Program-made: the position numbers and the translations under genes
Notes under the pieces: generated by a model
What the model saw: only the letters and a program-made list of their open reading frames with translations
The model's database searches: none
Told to the model about the DNA's origin: nothing
Source of the DNA: an uncultured virus (IMG/VR IMGVR_UViG_3300031851_003023)
Lineage: Duplodnaviria; Heunggongvirae; Uroviricota; Caudoviricetes
Length of the DNA stretch: 64,000 bases
Virus record (IMG/VR): IMGVR_UViG_3300031851_003023
Strand: one strand, 5' to 3'
Part shown: positions 38,904-48,992 of the stretch, piece after piece
How positions within the stretch are numbered: position 1 is the first letter of the stretch
How the letters are laid out: every line of letters begins with the position of its first letter

Positions 38904-39641
38904 ATGGCAACATCAGAAGAAAAAACAGAATTAGTTGAAACAATTAAAGGACCACGTTTTTATAGACTTGTAATAAATGGCTATGGCGGCGAAGGCGCAT
39001 ACATTAACATTTCAAAAGAAGCATACGAATTTTGGAATGATGTCAACGACGATTACGGTGATGGAGACTTTGTACAGTATCTAGTAAACGATGATCCAGA
39101 TGAGATTGAATACGAAGAAATTGAATCTGTTCCACCAGAAGCAGACTTTTTAACAGTTAAAGGCGAAGACTACAAACAACAGTGGTACGAAGCTGAAGGC
39201 GAATTTTGTCATCAGTACGGTGTCGAATATGGCAGTGCATGGATGAGCATAGATGAAGTAGATGGTGCAGATTATTCAGCGGCACATATTACTGAGGTTA
39301 TTGAAAACAAAACTGTTAGTGATTTAATTGACGAGATTGGTGAAGAAACTGACTGGGAAGTTGAATTACATGAAGGCGGCAATGATGACTGGTATGAAAA
39401 ACAAGGCGACTATGTAGCACAAATGTATTCAAGTGAAAAGGGTTCGTTCTTTGATGCTACCATTGAAACTGTTGGAGAATTTGATCCCAAGAAACTAAAG
39501 TTTTATATTACTGAATATCCAAACGGTGAAGACTGTATTGATAGTGTATCGTACGATGGTGAAGAACTAGATAACAACGGCGGCGACACTAACGGAAAAG
39601 GATACTACGGGCACGTTTGGACGAATCTACAGAATGATTAA
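38904..39641 (+). CDS. Highly acidic hypothetical protein
   Basis: AGGAG SD; D/E-rich. Confidence 0.7.
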   Translation: MATSEEKTELVETIKGPRFYRLVINGYGGEGAYINISKEAYEFWNDVNDDYGDGDFVQYLVNDDPDEIEYEEIESVPPEADFLTVKGEDYKQQWYEAEGEFCHQYGVEYGSAWMSIDEVDGADYSAAHITEVIENKTVSDLIDEIGEETDWEVELHEGGNDDWYEKQGDYVAQMYSSEKGSFFDATIETVGEFDPKKLKFYITEYPNGEDCIDSVSYDGEELDNNGGDTNGKGYYGHVWTNLQND

Positions 39642-40020
39642 TAAAAGAACTTAGGAATACAAAGTTTTTGGAAAGTGTACTAAACAGTTCTTGGTTCATT
39701 TGTAGTGATACTATATCATATGACGTGGAACCAATATCTTGATAATAGCGTCTATTAATGCCATGCTTGTTTCCGTATTTGGGATATACTCCGGATACAA
39801 AGAGACAAGTATCGCCCAACTTCTTAGCTTCTTTATCACCACTTTTGAGTTTGAGAAATGATTCAGCAAATGAACTACTTGGCAAGAAATCAACTTTCTC
39901 GACATGATCTGCGAGTAACATTACAATGTATGCTTCAACATGCTCTGGCAGGTTGTAGCCTGTACTGTTCTGCGTATCTTGAACAACGCCACGGAAGGCG
40001 TCAACATACTCGTCCTTCAT
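39589..40020 (-). CDS. Hypothetical protein (start MKDEY at 40020)
   Basis: LGDTCLFVSG...YY..IG motif; ATG 5 nt after TAAATA. Confidence 0.65.
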   Translation of the reverse strand: MKDEYVDAFRGVVQDTQNSTGYNLPEHVEAYIVMLLADHVEKVDFLPSSSFAESFLKLKSGDKEAKKLGDTCLFVSGVYPKYGNKHGINRRYYQDIGSTSYDIVSLQMNQELFSTLSKNFVFLSSFINHSVDSSKRARSILFR

Positions 40021-40046
40021 ATAAATATTTATCACAGGAGAACTAA

Positions 40047-40244
40047 ATGAGCAAAACTTGGACATTCAAAGCAGACAACTTATTTGAAGACATCCCGGGA
40101 GATGACAATAACGTTAATATGACTATACCGCCCGAAATACTAAAAGAAAAAGGTTGGGGTCCCGGCACCGAACTTAAAATATCTTGGTCAGATGGTGAAA
40201 TCATACTTGAAGAAGCAACTAAGGAAGTAGATGGCAAAGAATAG
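40047..40244 (+). CDS. AbrB/MazE-type DNA-binding protein
   Basis: TIPPEILKEKGWGPGTELKI pattern. Confidence 0.7.
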   Translation: MSKTWTFKADNLFEDIPGDDNNVNMTIPPEILKEKGWGPGTELKISWSDGEIILEEATKEVDGKE

Positions 40245-40449
40245 CGATTTACTAGAATTAGAGGGAGAAATAGTAAAAGTTCTCCCTAATAATACATTTA
40301 AAGTATTAGTACAAGACAAGCACGAAATAGTGTGCTATACATCAGGAAAAATGCGTCAATTTAAGATAAAAATGATAGTTGGCGACAAAGTTAAAGTAGA
40401 AATAAGCCCATATGATCTCTCAAAAGGGCGAATTACCTTTAGATTATAG
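40231..40449 (+). CDS. infA: Translation initiation factor IF-1
   Basis: EGEIVKVLPN..F.V, SGKMR...I....GDKVKVEISPYDLSKGRITFR. Confidence 0.96.
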   Translation: MAKNSDLLELEGEIVKVLPNNTFKVLVQDKHEIVCYTSGKMRQFKIKMIVGDKVKVEISPYDLSKGRITFRL

Positions 40450-40450
40450 G

Positions 40451-40510
40451 TTGACACCCCTCGCTTGTGATGTTATAATATATACATAACTTAGGCAAAT
40501 AGAGGCGTGT
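40451..40510 (+). promoter_or_regulatory. sigma70 promoter plus TAGGCAAA/AGAGGC leader
   Basis: TTGACA-N17-TATAAT; TAGGCAAATAGAGGC. Confidence 0.8.
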
Positions 40511-40945
40511 ATGTTTATTACAGTTAAGGGCGGTCAAGAATACCAACGTAAGCATGTAGAAAGCATGGTAGAGTTTTGTATAAAGACTCTCATGCCGCGT
40601 ATGCGAACACTCGATATAACCGTAAGACTAAAGAACACAAAAGATGCTATGGGCTACTGTCTAGAAGGCGACACTAATAGGGAGTTCGAAATAGAGATCG
40701 ACAAGAAACAAACTTTGCGTAAAATGTTAGAAACTGTAGCACACGAAATGGTACACGTTAAACAGTTTGCTCGCAGAGAATTACACCCCCACAATGATGA
40801 CTGGTATGGTAAAACTTACAATCCTAAGAAAGTAAGTTACTGGGACCTTCCATGGGAAGTAGAAGCACACGGACGTGAGTGTGGACTATTCATCCGTTGG
40901 GCTGAAGCAAATGATCTAGGACATAAGGCGTGGACTCAAGTATGA
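40511..40945 (+). CDS. Zn metallopeptidase-like protein
   Basis: AHEMVHVKQ and PWEVEA. Confidence 0.8.
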   Translation: MFITVKGGQEYQRKHVESMVEFCIKTLMPRMRTLDITVRLKNTKDAMGYCLEGDTNREFEIEIDKKQTLRKMLETVAHEMVHVKQFARRELHPHNDDWYGKTYNPKKVSYWDLPWEVEAHGRECGLFIRWAEANDLGHKAWTQV

Positions 40946-42090
40946 CAAATGTTGAATCCTACTATAATCATATCTGTAACGAATGGGGAGTACAACCTAC
41001 GTCACCTACGTACACAGGATACGAACATGTAGAGGAGCAACTAAAGTCTTATACTAAAGAACGTTGGTTACTAGCAAGTGAAAAAGGTAGGCAACAAATA
41101 GAAGATGAAGTGTTCGACATCTATCGAACAGTAAACGTCATACCTATTATGTACTTTAGCCTAGAAGGATGTAAGCAAGAGCTTAAAGCACTAGGCCAAA
41201 AGAGTCATAGTATTGTTGATAACAAGATTGGTGTAGGTGCTACAGCAGGGCAAAACTTTAGTAGGTTTTGGTTCCCTAATATGCAAGAAGCATATACACG
41301 TAAAGATAAAATGGTCAGCATGCGAGCAAGATTCTACGATGACACTCGATTACGCAGAGCTATAAGTTTCTGTTATAAGTATAGAGACGAAACAGATAAA
41401 AGTGTACTACCGGCAAACATACGCAGAGCATTGGACTTAGTAAGTGGAGGCACTATTGCTAACTTTAAACCAATGAATGCTAGGGCTGTATACGAATACA
41501 TATGTCCTGCGTTTATGGGCAATGTATTGGACTTTAGTTCAGGCTACGGAGGACGCATGTTAGGCGGTCTTACAAGCAATCTAAGGTACCACTACACGGG
41601 TATAGACCCTAACACTAAAACATACAACGGATTAGTAGCACTAGGCGAGCTTATGTCTAGTTTAGGACTAGGTAGTGGTTTTGAAATGCATCATATACCT
41701 AGCGAACAGTTTACACCAGAACCAGGTTATTACGATGCAGCATTTAGTAGCCCACCTTACTTTAACTTAGAAACTTATACCGACGAGCCAACACAATGCA
41801 TGAACAGTTGTTCAAACTTAGATGAATGGTTTACAACATATGTTACTCCTACAATAGAGATGTTGCATACAGCTCTAGCTAAAGATGCTATCTATGCTGT
41901 TAACATTGCAGACTACAAAGACGGCAAAGAAGAATTTAACATTGTTGAGCAATGGAAGCAAATAAGTGAACAAGTAGGCTTCACTTATCAAAAGCAAATA
42001 GATATGGTGCTGAACGTCCGACCAGGTGTTGGCAATGACAAAGCATCGAACAGCTATAAGTCAGAAGGCATCTATTTGTTTAAAAAATAG
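40942..42090 (+). CDS. SAM-dependent DNA amino-methyltransferase-like protein
   Basis: VLDFSSGYGGR (motif I), GIDPN, FSSPPYFNLE (motif IV). Confidence 0.85.
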   Translation: MTNVESYYNHICNEWGVQPTSPTYTGYEHVEEQLKSYTKERWLLASEKGRQQIEDEVFDIYRTVNVIPIMYFSLEGCKQELKALGQKSHSIVDNKIGVGATAGQNFSRFWFPNMQEAYTRKDKMVSMRARFYDDTRLRRAISFCYKYRDETDKSVLPANIRRALDLVSGGTIANFKPMNARAVYEYICPAFMGNVLDFSSGYGGRMLGGLTSNLRYHYTGIDPNTKTYNGLVALGELMSSLGLGSGFEMHHIPSEQFTPEPGYYDAAFSSPPYFNLETYTDEPTQCMNSCSNLDEWFTTYVTPTIEMLHTALAKDAIYAVNIADYKDGKEEFNIVEQWKQISEQVGFTYQKQIDMVLNVRPGVGNDKASNSYKSEGIYLFKK

Positions 42091-42091
42091 G

Positions 42092-42153
42092 TTGACATCT
42101 ACTATAAAGATGTTATTATTAATACATAGGCAAACAAACACAGAGGCACTAAA
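42092..42153 (+). promoter_or_regulatory. sigma70 promoter plus TAGGCAAA/AGAGGCAC leader
   Basis: TTGACA...TATTAT; TAGGCAAA 42127, AGAGGCAC 42142. Confidence 0.7.
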
Positions 42154-43272
42154 ATGAGTAACTGGCAAGATTTTAAGTTTCAAGTACAATACATTGAAAC
42201 AGATAACCTAGCATTTGCACGTCGAGCATTTGCATCATTCAACGGTAAGGGCAAAAAACGTCAAAGTGCGTTTTCAAGATTGCGTAACGAAGTTCACGTA
42301 GTACGTATTGATAACGATACAACAGATGAACAAGATGTAGCAATCGAACGTAAAGTTTCTATTGTAGAAAAGCACGATTGCTATCCAGTAGAAGAAAAAA
42401 GTTCACTAGCACAATACCCCGGAACGTTTACTAACGTTTCAACATTCCGAACACTATCAGAAGATGAACTAGAAGTTGCGTGTAACTGGCACAATACATA
42501 TTTCCATTATGTACCGTTGCATGTTAGTTGCTTCTTTATGTTTAGAGACATTGTAAAAACATATGATGCTTATAAGAAAGAGCTAACACCAAAGTTATTA
42601 GAAGAACTTGCGGCAATGGTGCAAGGCTTGTTTGGTGACTTACCACAATACCAAGAAAGTGTTGCTGAAGCATATCGTAAGTATCACACAACAAAGTATG
42701 GCTTTAAAGGTAACTGGCATGACGATGCTTATGCTGTTGCATTACTACAGTTGTACAAACGACTAGGTGGCAAAGAAACTATACCGTTAACGTTGCTTGA
42801 TCGTTTTGAAGACTTAGACACTTACTTTGATCCTGCAATTTTAAACATTGCTAACTTTACATTTGAATACCAAGAAGTTCCACGCAGGCCAAACCCAATG
42901 CGTAACCTAAATGAACTTAATGGTGGTAAACAAAGTGTTGTGAGCTTGCAGAATAGAATTGATACACTTGCTGACAGTCATAAGTGGAAGAAAGCAGTAC
43001 AACGTTTGCAAGAGTCAGATTGGACATTTGATATGTCTCGTTTACCAAAAGTTGAAATGATTCGATTAGGAGATATCTTAATTGACGAAGATATTCAGCG
43101 TATCTTAGATGCTCCGCATTGTGCAGGCATCATTGATGGTAACAAATTTGATCCAGCATTACTACAGTGTTTACAATGTATTAAAAACTCCAAAGGCGAG
43201 TTTATTAGTATTGATGGCCAGCATACTGCCAGTGTACTAGCAGGTCTAATTGTAGCAGGATTGCTAGGCTAA
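42154..43272 (+). CDS. ParB/Srx-like (DGQH) protein, apparently circularly permuted
   Basis: IDEDIQR and IDGQHT near the C-terminus; ARRAFASFNGKGKK near the N-terminus. Confidence 0.7.
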   Translation: MSNWQDFKFQVQYIETDNLAFARRAFASFNGKGKKRQSAFSRLRNEVHVVRIDNDTTDEQDVAIERKVSIVEKHDCYPVEEKSSLAQYPGTFTNVSTFRTLSEDELEVACNWHNTYFHYVPLHVSCFFMFRDIVKTYDAYKKELTPKLLEELAAMVQGLFGDLPQYQESVAEAYRKYHTTKYGFKGNWHDDAYAVALLQLYKRLGGKETIPLTLLDRFEDLDTYFDPAILNIANFTFEYQEVPRRPNPMRNLNELNGGKQSVVSLQNRIDTLADSHKWKKAVQRLQESDWTFDMSRLPKVEMIRLGDILIDEDIQRILDAPHCAGIIDGNKFDPALLQCLQCIKNSKGEFISIDGQHTASVLAGLIVAGLLG

Positions 43273-43625
43273 TGGAACCGTATTATTTTTATATAGTACA
43301 AGGTGATAGAGCTGGCTTTGGTATTGCACAAGATATGAAGCACCGAAGTCAGCAATACTCTAGTCACAGTGGCAGGATAGTAAACTTTCCTTTTGTATTT
43401 GCAGGGCATAGGCCACATGCAAAAGCACTTGAAAGAACTATTAAGACTGAGTTGTACGATGACATTTGGATGATAGAAGATTGGCGAACTGAATGGCTAA
43501 ATGACAACATCACTATTGATATGTTGAAAGAGATAGTTGATAGGTTAATAGCAGAAAGACACTATAAAGTAGAGTGCATTGCTACCAATTATGACTTTAC
43601 AAAACGGTTGACAGATAGTGCATAG
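43272..43625 (+). CDS. GIY-YIG/T5orf172-like protein
   Basis: YFYIV...GFGI....R...Y, ALE, TEW. Confidence 0.5.
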   Translation: MEPYYFYIVQGDRAGFGIAQDMKHRSQQYSSHSGRIVNFPFVFAGHRPHAKALERTIKTELYDDIWMIEDWRTEWLNDNITIDMLKEIVDRLIAERHYKVECIATNYDFTKRLTDSA

Positions 43626-43668
43626 AATGCTATAATAGTTATATTAATTAGGCAAAGAGAGGCACACA
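43608..43668 (+). promoter_or_regulatory. sigma70 promoter plus TAGGCAAA/AGAGGCAC leader
   Basis: TTGACA-N17-TATAAT; TAGGCAAAGAGAGGCAC. Confidence 0.85.
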
Positions 43669-44409
43669 ATGTACGCAACACAAAGAACTTTCCGTAAAGT
43701 CAATGGCTATGTTAACAAGGACGCTGTACCGTTGAGAACAGTTTCAACACAAGATGCACTTGCATTAGCCTGTGCCGCACAACGTATTAATCAATCTTAT
43801 ATCAAAGACACACGTAGGTTTTCAGAAGAAGAAAATAAGACACAGTTTAGCAATAAAGACATTGTTAAATTTGCATATGCTTCTACAGACAATCCTGCAC
43901 CAGCAGACTATGTAAAGCCTACTCCAACAGCAGAAGACTACGAAACAGTAGCAGAAATACAAAAATGGATGAAGCGTTATGTAATGCTAGGGCTAGGAGA
44001 AGTGGACGACTTTAAACGTGATATGATTAATGCAGTATCAGCAGATGTTGTAGCTGTAAACAATCTAGGCCGTGTTGCGTTTGTACCAGAGTTTGTAAAA
44101 CGTGATCAACACGAAACAGGACTTACAAAAGAGATCCGTATAGAATATAGAAACTCCCAATATTTGGGTAAGGAAAAAGATGTCGTTGAAGGAGTTGTTA
44201 AAATCCTCGATAAGCGTTATAGCCAACAATGGGAGTCATTTAACTATGTGGCTGTTATTGATGGTAATCTTGTATCTTTTATGAACAAGTTCGAACACAA
44301 TGTGGGCGATATGAAACGCATCAAAGCAAAGGTCAAAGCACAGACTAAGAATAAAATGTTTAGTGCTAACGAAACACGTTTAAACTACGTTAAAATATAT
44401 AAGGTGTAA
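43669..44409 (+). CDS. Hypothetical early protein
   Basis: ORF behind consensus promoter. Confidence 0.7.
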   Translation: MYATQRTFRKVNGYVNKDAVPLRTVSTQDALALACAAQRINQSYIKDTRRFSEEENKTQFSNKDIVKFAYASTDNPAPADYVKPTPTAEDYETVAEIQKWMKRYVMLGLGEVDDFKRDMINAVSADVVAVNNLGRVAFVPEFVKRDQHETGLTKEIRIEYRNSQYLGKEKDVVEGVVKILDKRYSQQWESFNYVAVIDGNLVSFMNKFEHNVGDMKRIKAKVKAQTKNKMFSANETRLNYVKIYKV

Positions 44410-44558
44410 TTATGGAATACTTCATTGGAATTATTGTATGTGCTATACTCGGCAGAATGTGCTGGGAATCTACTCTAATGCTTGATGCTAGAAAGAAAGC
44501 ATTTAAAGCAGGCACTCATGACTACTACGGCAATAAAATTAGCGATAAGGAATAAGAC

Positions 44559-44777
44559 ATGGAATTTTTTACAGCAAACACAGGCTGGCTATTATTAGCA
44601 TATACCTTAGGAACAGGAATAGGTTGGTACTTTGCTTCAAAAGCTTCAACAAAGAATTTAGCTGAAGATATTATTGATAGACTAATAGAACAAAAGTTTC
44701 TTAAGACAAAAGGCTATGGAGACGATTTAGAGATTATTAAACACACAGAGTGGTGTGATGATAAAGCTACAAAGTAA
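44559..44777 (+). CDS. Small membrane protein
   Basis: N-terminal TM helix; AAGGA SD. Confidence 0.55.
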   Translation: MEFFTANTGWLLLAYTLGTGIGWYFASKASTKNLAEDIIDRLIEQKFLKTKGYGDDLEIIKHTEWCDDKATK

Positions 44778-45360
44778 ATTACCCCGCGACGTTTATGTAG
44801 CATGTAGTGGTGGAGTTGACAGCATGGCTGCTGTTGACTTCTTGTCTAACAACCATAATGTTACTATTTGTTTTTTTAATCATAGAACTGATACTAGTGA
44901 TGAAGCACACGAGTTTATAACTTGGTATTGTCATAAAACTAATACTCCATTGATGTTAGGAGTACTAAACACCGAAAGACCAAAAGAAACAAGTCCAGAA
45001 GAGTTTTGGAGACACGAACGATATAAGTTTTTACATAGTATTAATGCTCCTGTAATTACAGCACACCACTTAGACGACTGTGTTGAAACATGGGTATGGT
45101 CAAGTATGCACGGTACAGGGAAAATTATTCCCTTTGCTAATAAAAATGTTATCCGTCCGTTTAGACTCAATCGTAAAAGAGAATTACAGTTATGGGCAGA
45201 TCTAAAAAATGTACCGCACGTAGAGGATGACACAAATAACGATACGTGCTATACTCGTAACTATATTAGACATGAAATGATGCCTCATGTGCTTAAAGTA
45301 AATAAAGGCATTCATAAAACAATTGCGAAGAAGGTAAAAGAAGATGAACATACAACATGA
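44758..45360 (+). CDS. tilS: TilS-like PP-loop ATPase (N-terminal domain only)
   Basis: ACSGGVDSM, RHERY, TAHHLDD..ET, IRP, D.TN...YTRNYIRH. Confidence 0.85.
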   Translation: MIKLQSKLPRDVYVACSGGVDSMAAVDFLSNNHNVTICFFNHRTDTSDEAHEFITWYCHKTNTPLMLGVLNTERPKETSPEEFWRHERYKFLHSINAPVITAHHLDDCVETWVWSSMHGTGKIIPFANKNVIRPFRLNRKRELQLWADLKNVPHVEDDTNNDTCYTRNYIRHEMMPHVLKVNKGIHKTIAKKVKEDEHTT

Positions 45361-45754
45361 ACCACTGTTTGACACAGCAAAGTTAGAACAAATCTACACA
45401 GAAAAAGATGGCGTAGAAGTAAAGTATGTTTGCACTACAGATGTAACAGCAAGTAATGTACCTATGGATGTTTTTTATAGAGAAACACCGCACCCTGAAC
45501 ACGGTAATCGTTACTTTGGAATCTACCACGATCATATTGCCCATAATCTAATGATTACTAATGCTGATACTGTAGAATCACTTGAGTTTGGTATGATTGA
45601 AGTAGACGGTAAGTATTATTACAGTCAATCACGACATGACTACAAGGTTGTAGGAAATAAGATGATAGACGGTGGTAGAGCATATACTCGTTCTAGCGGC
45701 GGCACAACAAGTATGGAATTAATTGATGGTAATTTTAGGGAGAAAGTACTATGA
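45344..45754 (+). CDS. Hypothetical phage protein
   Basis: YSQSRHDY...IDGGRAY motif. Confidence 0.65.
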   Translation: MNIQHEPLFDTAKLEQIYTEKDGVEVKYVCTTDVTASNVPMDVFYRETPHPEHGNRYFGIYHDHIAHNLMITNADTVESLEFGMIEVDGKYYYSQSRHDYKVVGNKMIDGGRAYTRSSGGTTSMELIDGNFREKVL

Positions 45755-45978
45755 GTTCAGATGTTGAATATTTCGAGTTTGAAGATTCATTAGATGAAGA
45801 TGACTTTGGCCTTATTATCTGCGGTAAGAGTGGTAAACTTAAAGGATTGTTTATTCCTAAAGGCAAAGAAGATGAGCCTATACCTGAAACGATAGCTGAA
45901 ATTTGTCTAGCTGTTTTCGACGTAGATCCAAATGAGGATGAAGATAAAAATAGTTTAGAAGGGGTTACAATACATTGA
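45751..45978 (+). CDS. Acidic hypothetical protein
   Basis: ATGA overlap, GGGAG SD. Confidence 0.55.
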   Translation: MSSDVEYFEFEDSLDEDDFGLIICGKSGKLKGLFIPKGKEDEPIPETIAEICLAVFDVDPNEDEDKNSLEGVTIH

Positions 45979-46113
45979 CTATCGACGACAAGAATAAGAA
46001 AAAAACAAAGAAACTGTATAAACAGTGGAAGCGTTATTTAAGTGACAGTCGTTTAGATGAAAACACAATTACTAAACGAGCAAAAACATTTACACGTAAA
46101 GGTATGAAGCCAG

Positions 46114-46326
46114 ATGAGTAAGATACAAGAAAAATTAAATGGCATCATGGATCAGATACAAGCCATAATGGAATCAGATCCAAGAGCGCACATACCACCT
46201 ACTGATGAACTAGTTGAATTATTGAGTAGAGCTAACATATACTTTGCTCATATGGATGATGAGAACAGAGATTATTTTCAGTATGTTTGCCATGCCATAG
46301 AAGAAGAAACGGAATGGAAGGTATGA
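46114..46326 (+). CDS. Hypothetical protein
   Basis: ORF in a dense small-gene array. Confidence 0.5.
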   Translation: MSKIQEKLNGIMDQIQAIMESDPRAHIPPTDELVELLSRANIYFAHMDDENRDYFQYVCHAIEEETEWKV

Positions 46327-46547
46327 TATCTCCGTGTATATCAGAATGTGATAACAATGGAGAGTTTTGTCCTGCATGCGGGCGAACAATGGAAGAAAAG
46401 TTTGAATGGAAGAACGGGGCTGATGTTGCTCGTAAGAAACAAATATTAGAAGATTGTGGGAGTCGGTTAACACAACGAGACTTTGAGTATTGGGAAGAAA
46501 TGTACGAACTTAAAGTTGCTGAAAAAACAAGAGAAGGTAATGGCTAA
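46323..46547 (+). CDS. DUF1289-like Cys-rich protein
   Basis: SPCISEC......CPACGRTMEE...W. Confidence 0.7.
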   Translation: MISPCISECDNNGEFCPACGRTMEEKFEWKNGADVARKKQILEDCGSRLTQRDFEYWEEMYELKVAEKTREGNG

Positions 46548-46702
46548 GGCACCAGAAGTAGGAGATAGAATAGAACACACTTGCACTTTGAACGGAAAGT
46601 TTGAAGGCGTAGTTGAACAATTACTATCTATGCAATTTACATATATGACTGATGATGGTCATTCTAGATTTTGTATGTATAAAGAAGTTTGGAGAAAGAT
46701 TG

Positions 46703-47161
46703 ATGAAAGTTAAAATAGGACCATATCGCGAGCATCGCTTTTGGCACAATTGGGCGTTCGACAAATTTGGATGGTCTCCGAAGGTAAAGCAAAACATAAA
46801 GATAGACAAGTGGGATACCTGGAGCATGGATCATACACTTTCTTTAATAATAGTACCTATGCTAAAACAATTAAAAGAAACTAAGCATGGCGGACCGTAT
46901 GTTTATCCTGAAGACGTACCTGCTGAGATACGTCCAACAAAAGAAGAACTATTAAATTATACTAATAACGCTGATGTTGATACCCACTGGTTCACTCGTT
47001 GGGATTATGTATTGGATGAAATGATATGGGCGTTTGAACAAAAAGCCAATGACTGTTGGATTGTTGACAAATACTCTAGAGAAGATCAACAAGCTCACCA
47101 GGACAGGATGACAAAAGGATTTAAACTCTTTGGAAAATACTACGAAAACTTATGGGATTGA
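46703..47161 (+). CDS. Conserved phage hypothetical protein
   Basis: DTWSMDHTL..II.PML, WDYVLDEMIWAF, GFKLFGKYY..LWD. Confidence 0.7.
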   Translation: MKVKIGPYREHRFWHNWAFDKFGWSPKVKQNIKIDKWDTWSMDHTLSLIIVPMLKQLKETKHGGPYVYPEDVPAEIRPTKEELLNYTNNADVDTHWFTRWDYVLDEMIWAFEQKANDCWIVDKYSREDQQAHQDRMTKGFKLFGKYYENLWD

Positions 47162-47543
47162 CGATTTGGAAGTAGATAATAATACACCGCATGAAGGCTT
47201 TGCAAGTTCTACTAGAGCTCAGAGTCTTGCGATGGAATTATCTAAAGAGCGTAAAAGATTAAAAAAAGAGCTCGCTGAATTACAAACAGAAGTAGAAGAC
47301 CTAACGCCTACTACTCCAACAGGAACACCAGACTGGTATGTAAAATGGTTTAGCATGGTAGCGGCTGTAATTGGCGTATTTGCATTAAGTGCAGGCTTTA
47401 CAATGTTTGGTCAAATATCATATGTACTCAGTAGTTGCGGTTGGGTATACGTTGGCATGGCCTGGGGTGATAGAGCAATCATGATAGGTAGTGCTATAAG
47501 CGGAACAGCGGTAATGATGAACATAGTAACGAGTATAACATAA
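47130..47543 (+). CDS. Membrane protein
   Basis: DWYVKW followed by three hydrophobic helices. Confidence 0.6.
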   Translation: MENTTKTYGIDDLEVDNNTPHEGFASSTRAQSLAMELSKERKRLKKELAELQTEVEDLTPTTPTGTPDWYVKWFSMVAAVIGVFALSAGFTMFGQISYVLSSCGWVYVGMAWGDRAIMIGSAISGTAVMMNIVTSIT

Positions 47544-47697
47544 TGAAAAAATTAGCAGACTATTTAGAAATATGTAAAAAGCATTGGAAGGAGATCTTTG
47601 CTCTTTCTTTTGCATTACATTTTATAATGGATTTACTAGTAATAGGACCTTTGTTCTTTTTATTAGGATACTTTTTTGGAATAGAGGCTGGACACTA

Positions 47698-47940
47698 ATG
47701 ACAGATATGTTTGAAGTAGATGACGAAGCAATACGTAACTTAGTAATACTTGCTAAAGAAGGCGAGAAGATGGATCCTATTGATTGGGGAGACCTAAGTA
47801 TTACAGAAGACCAAGCCTATATAATGATGGCGGCACATGTGTTAGAAATGGAAAGAAATCACTTGACAGATGGCGCAATTATTGTTAAACTACTTGTAGA
47901 GAACTTTGTTTTAAATTGTAAACTAATGGGAATGAAATGA
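47698..47940 (+). CDS. Hypothetical protein (start MTDMFE)
   Basis: TAATG coupling with small upstream ORF 47543..47698. Confidence 0.55.
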   Translation: MTDMFEVDDEAIRNLVILAKEGEKMDPIDWGDLSITEDQAYIMMAAHVLEMERNHLTDGAIIVKLLVENFVLNCKLMGMK

Positions 47941-48161
47941 ATACAATATATGAAAAAACAGCAATATTAATTAACACACGTAATGACCAAGAGGTTGAGT
48001 GCGAAGTTGATAATGTTAGAGATAAACAATCGTTAGATGCTTTTATAGCAGGTAACAAAATACACATGCGTTGGAATGGCAAAGTCTTTGTAGGTAATGC
48101 CCACGGAATGGAGTTTACTTCCTCAGGACCAGTAGGACGCAATATTAAAGGGAGATACTAA
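47937..48161 (+). CDS. Hypothetical protein
   Basis: ATGA overlap. Confidence 0.55.
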   Translation: MNTIYEKTAILINTRNDQEVECEVDNVRDKQSLDAFIAGNKIHMRWNGKVFVGNAHGMEFTSSGPVGRNIKGRY

Positions 48162-48373
48162 TGAGTAAACAGAAAGTAGAAATAATGGACGGACCGTTTA
48201 GTGCCGCACTAGTAGAGGACGTTGAAGGCGTACTTTATAGAGAAATTAAAACAGTACGGGTTAAGCCAGATGGTATGTTAACTGAGTACATTACAAGACG
48301 CGAGTATCGAAAAGATGGTGATTACAATGATACCTCAATAACTCGTCCGCTAATCCAAGTAACAGGAGAATAA
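48161..48373 (+). CDS. Hypothetical protein
   Basis: TAATG coupling, GGGAG SD. Confidence 0.55.
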   Translation: MSKQKVEIMDGPFSAALVEDVEGVLYREIKTVRVKPDGMLTEYITRREYRKDGDYNDTSITRPLIQVTGE

Positions 48374-48374
48374 T

Positions 48375-48992
48375 ATGCCATTAGTACCTATGGTAGTTGA
48401 GCAAGAATCAAGAGGCGAACGCTCATACGATATTTACAGTCGCCTAATGAAGGATCGTATTATTATGCTTAACGGTCCGGTAGAGGATAGTATGGCTAAC
48501 CTTATTGTAGCACAACTATTGTTTTTAGAGTCAGATAATCCTGGAAAAACAATTAACCTGTACATCAACTCACCAGGTGGTGCTGTAACAGCAGGCTTGG
48601 CTATCTATGACACTATGCAATACATCAAGTGCGACATACGTACTATTGTAATGGGTCAAGCATGTTCAATGGGTTCGTTCCTAGCACAAGCAGGAACACC
48701 AGGCCAACGTGTAGTGTTACCAGAGAGTCGTACAATGATTCACAGAGTGTCAAGTGGTACACCAGGCACAAGCGGTAGTGTACACGTACAAGAGCTACAG
48801 ATTGAAGATATCAATCGACACTATGCAGAGTCGCAAAAGATTAATAAGCGTCTAACAGAGTTATATGTAAAACATAATTCAGTGGGCAAATCATATGAAG
48901 AACTATTTGAAACTATGAAGTTTGATACGTTCTTAACAGCACAGGAAGCCGTTGATAATGGCCTGGCTGATAAAGTAGTAGAGAAAAGATAA
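48375..48992 (+). CDS. clpP: ClpP protease subunit
   Basis: LVPMVVEQ...[27 protein letters not shown]. Confidence 0.97.
   Translation: MPLVPMVVEQESRGERSYDIYSRLMKDRIIMLNGPVEDSMANLIVAQLLFLESDNPGKTINLYINSPGGAVTAGLAIYDTMQYIKCDIRTIVMGQACSMGSFLAQAGTPGQRVVLPESRTMIHRVSSGTPGTSGSVHVQELQIEDINRHYAESQKINKRLTELYVKHNSVGKSYEELFETMKFDTFLTAQEAVDNGLADKVVEKR

Noticed and set aside
47584..47697. N-terminal extension of ORF 47584..47940
   Set aside because: Region is better explained by a separate 51-aa ORF 47543..47698 coupled to ATG 47698
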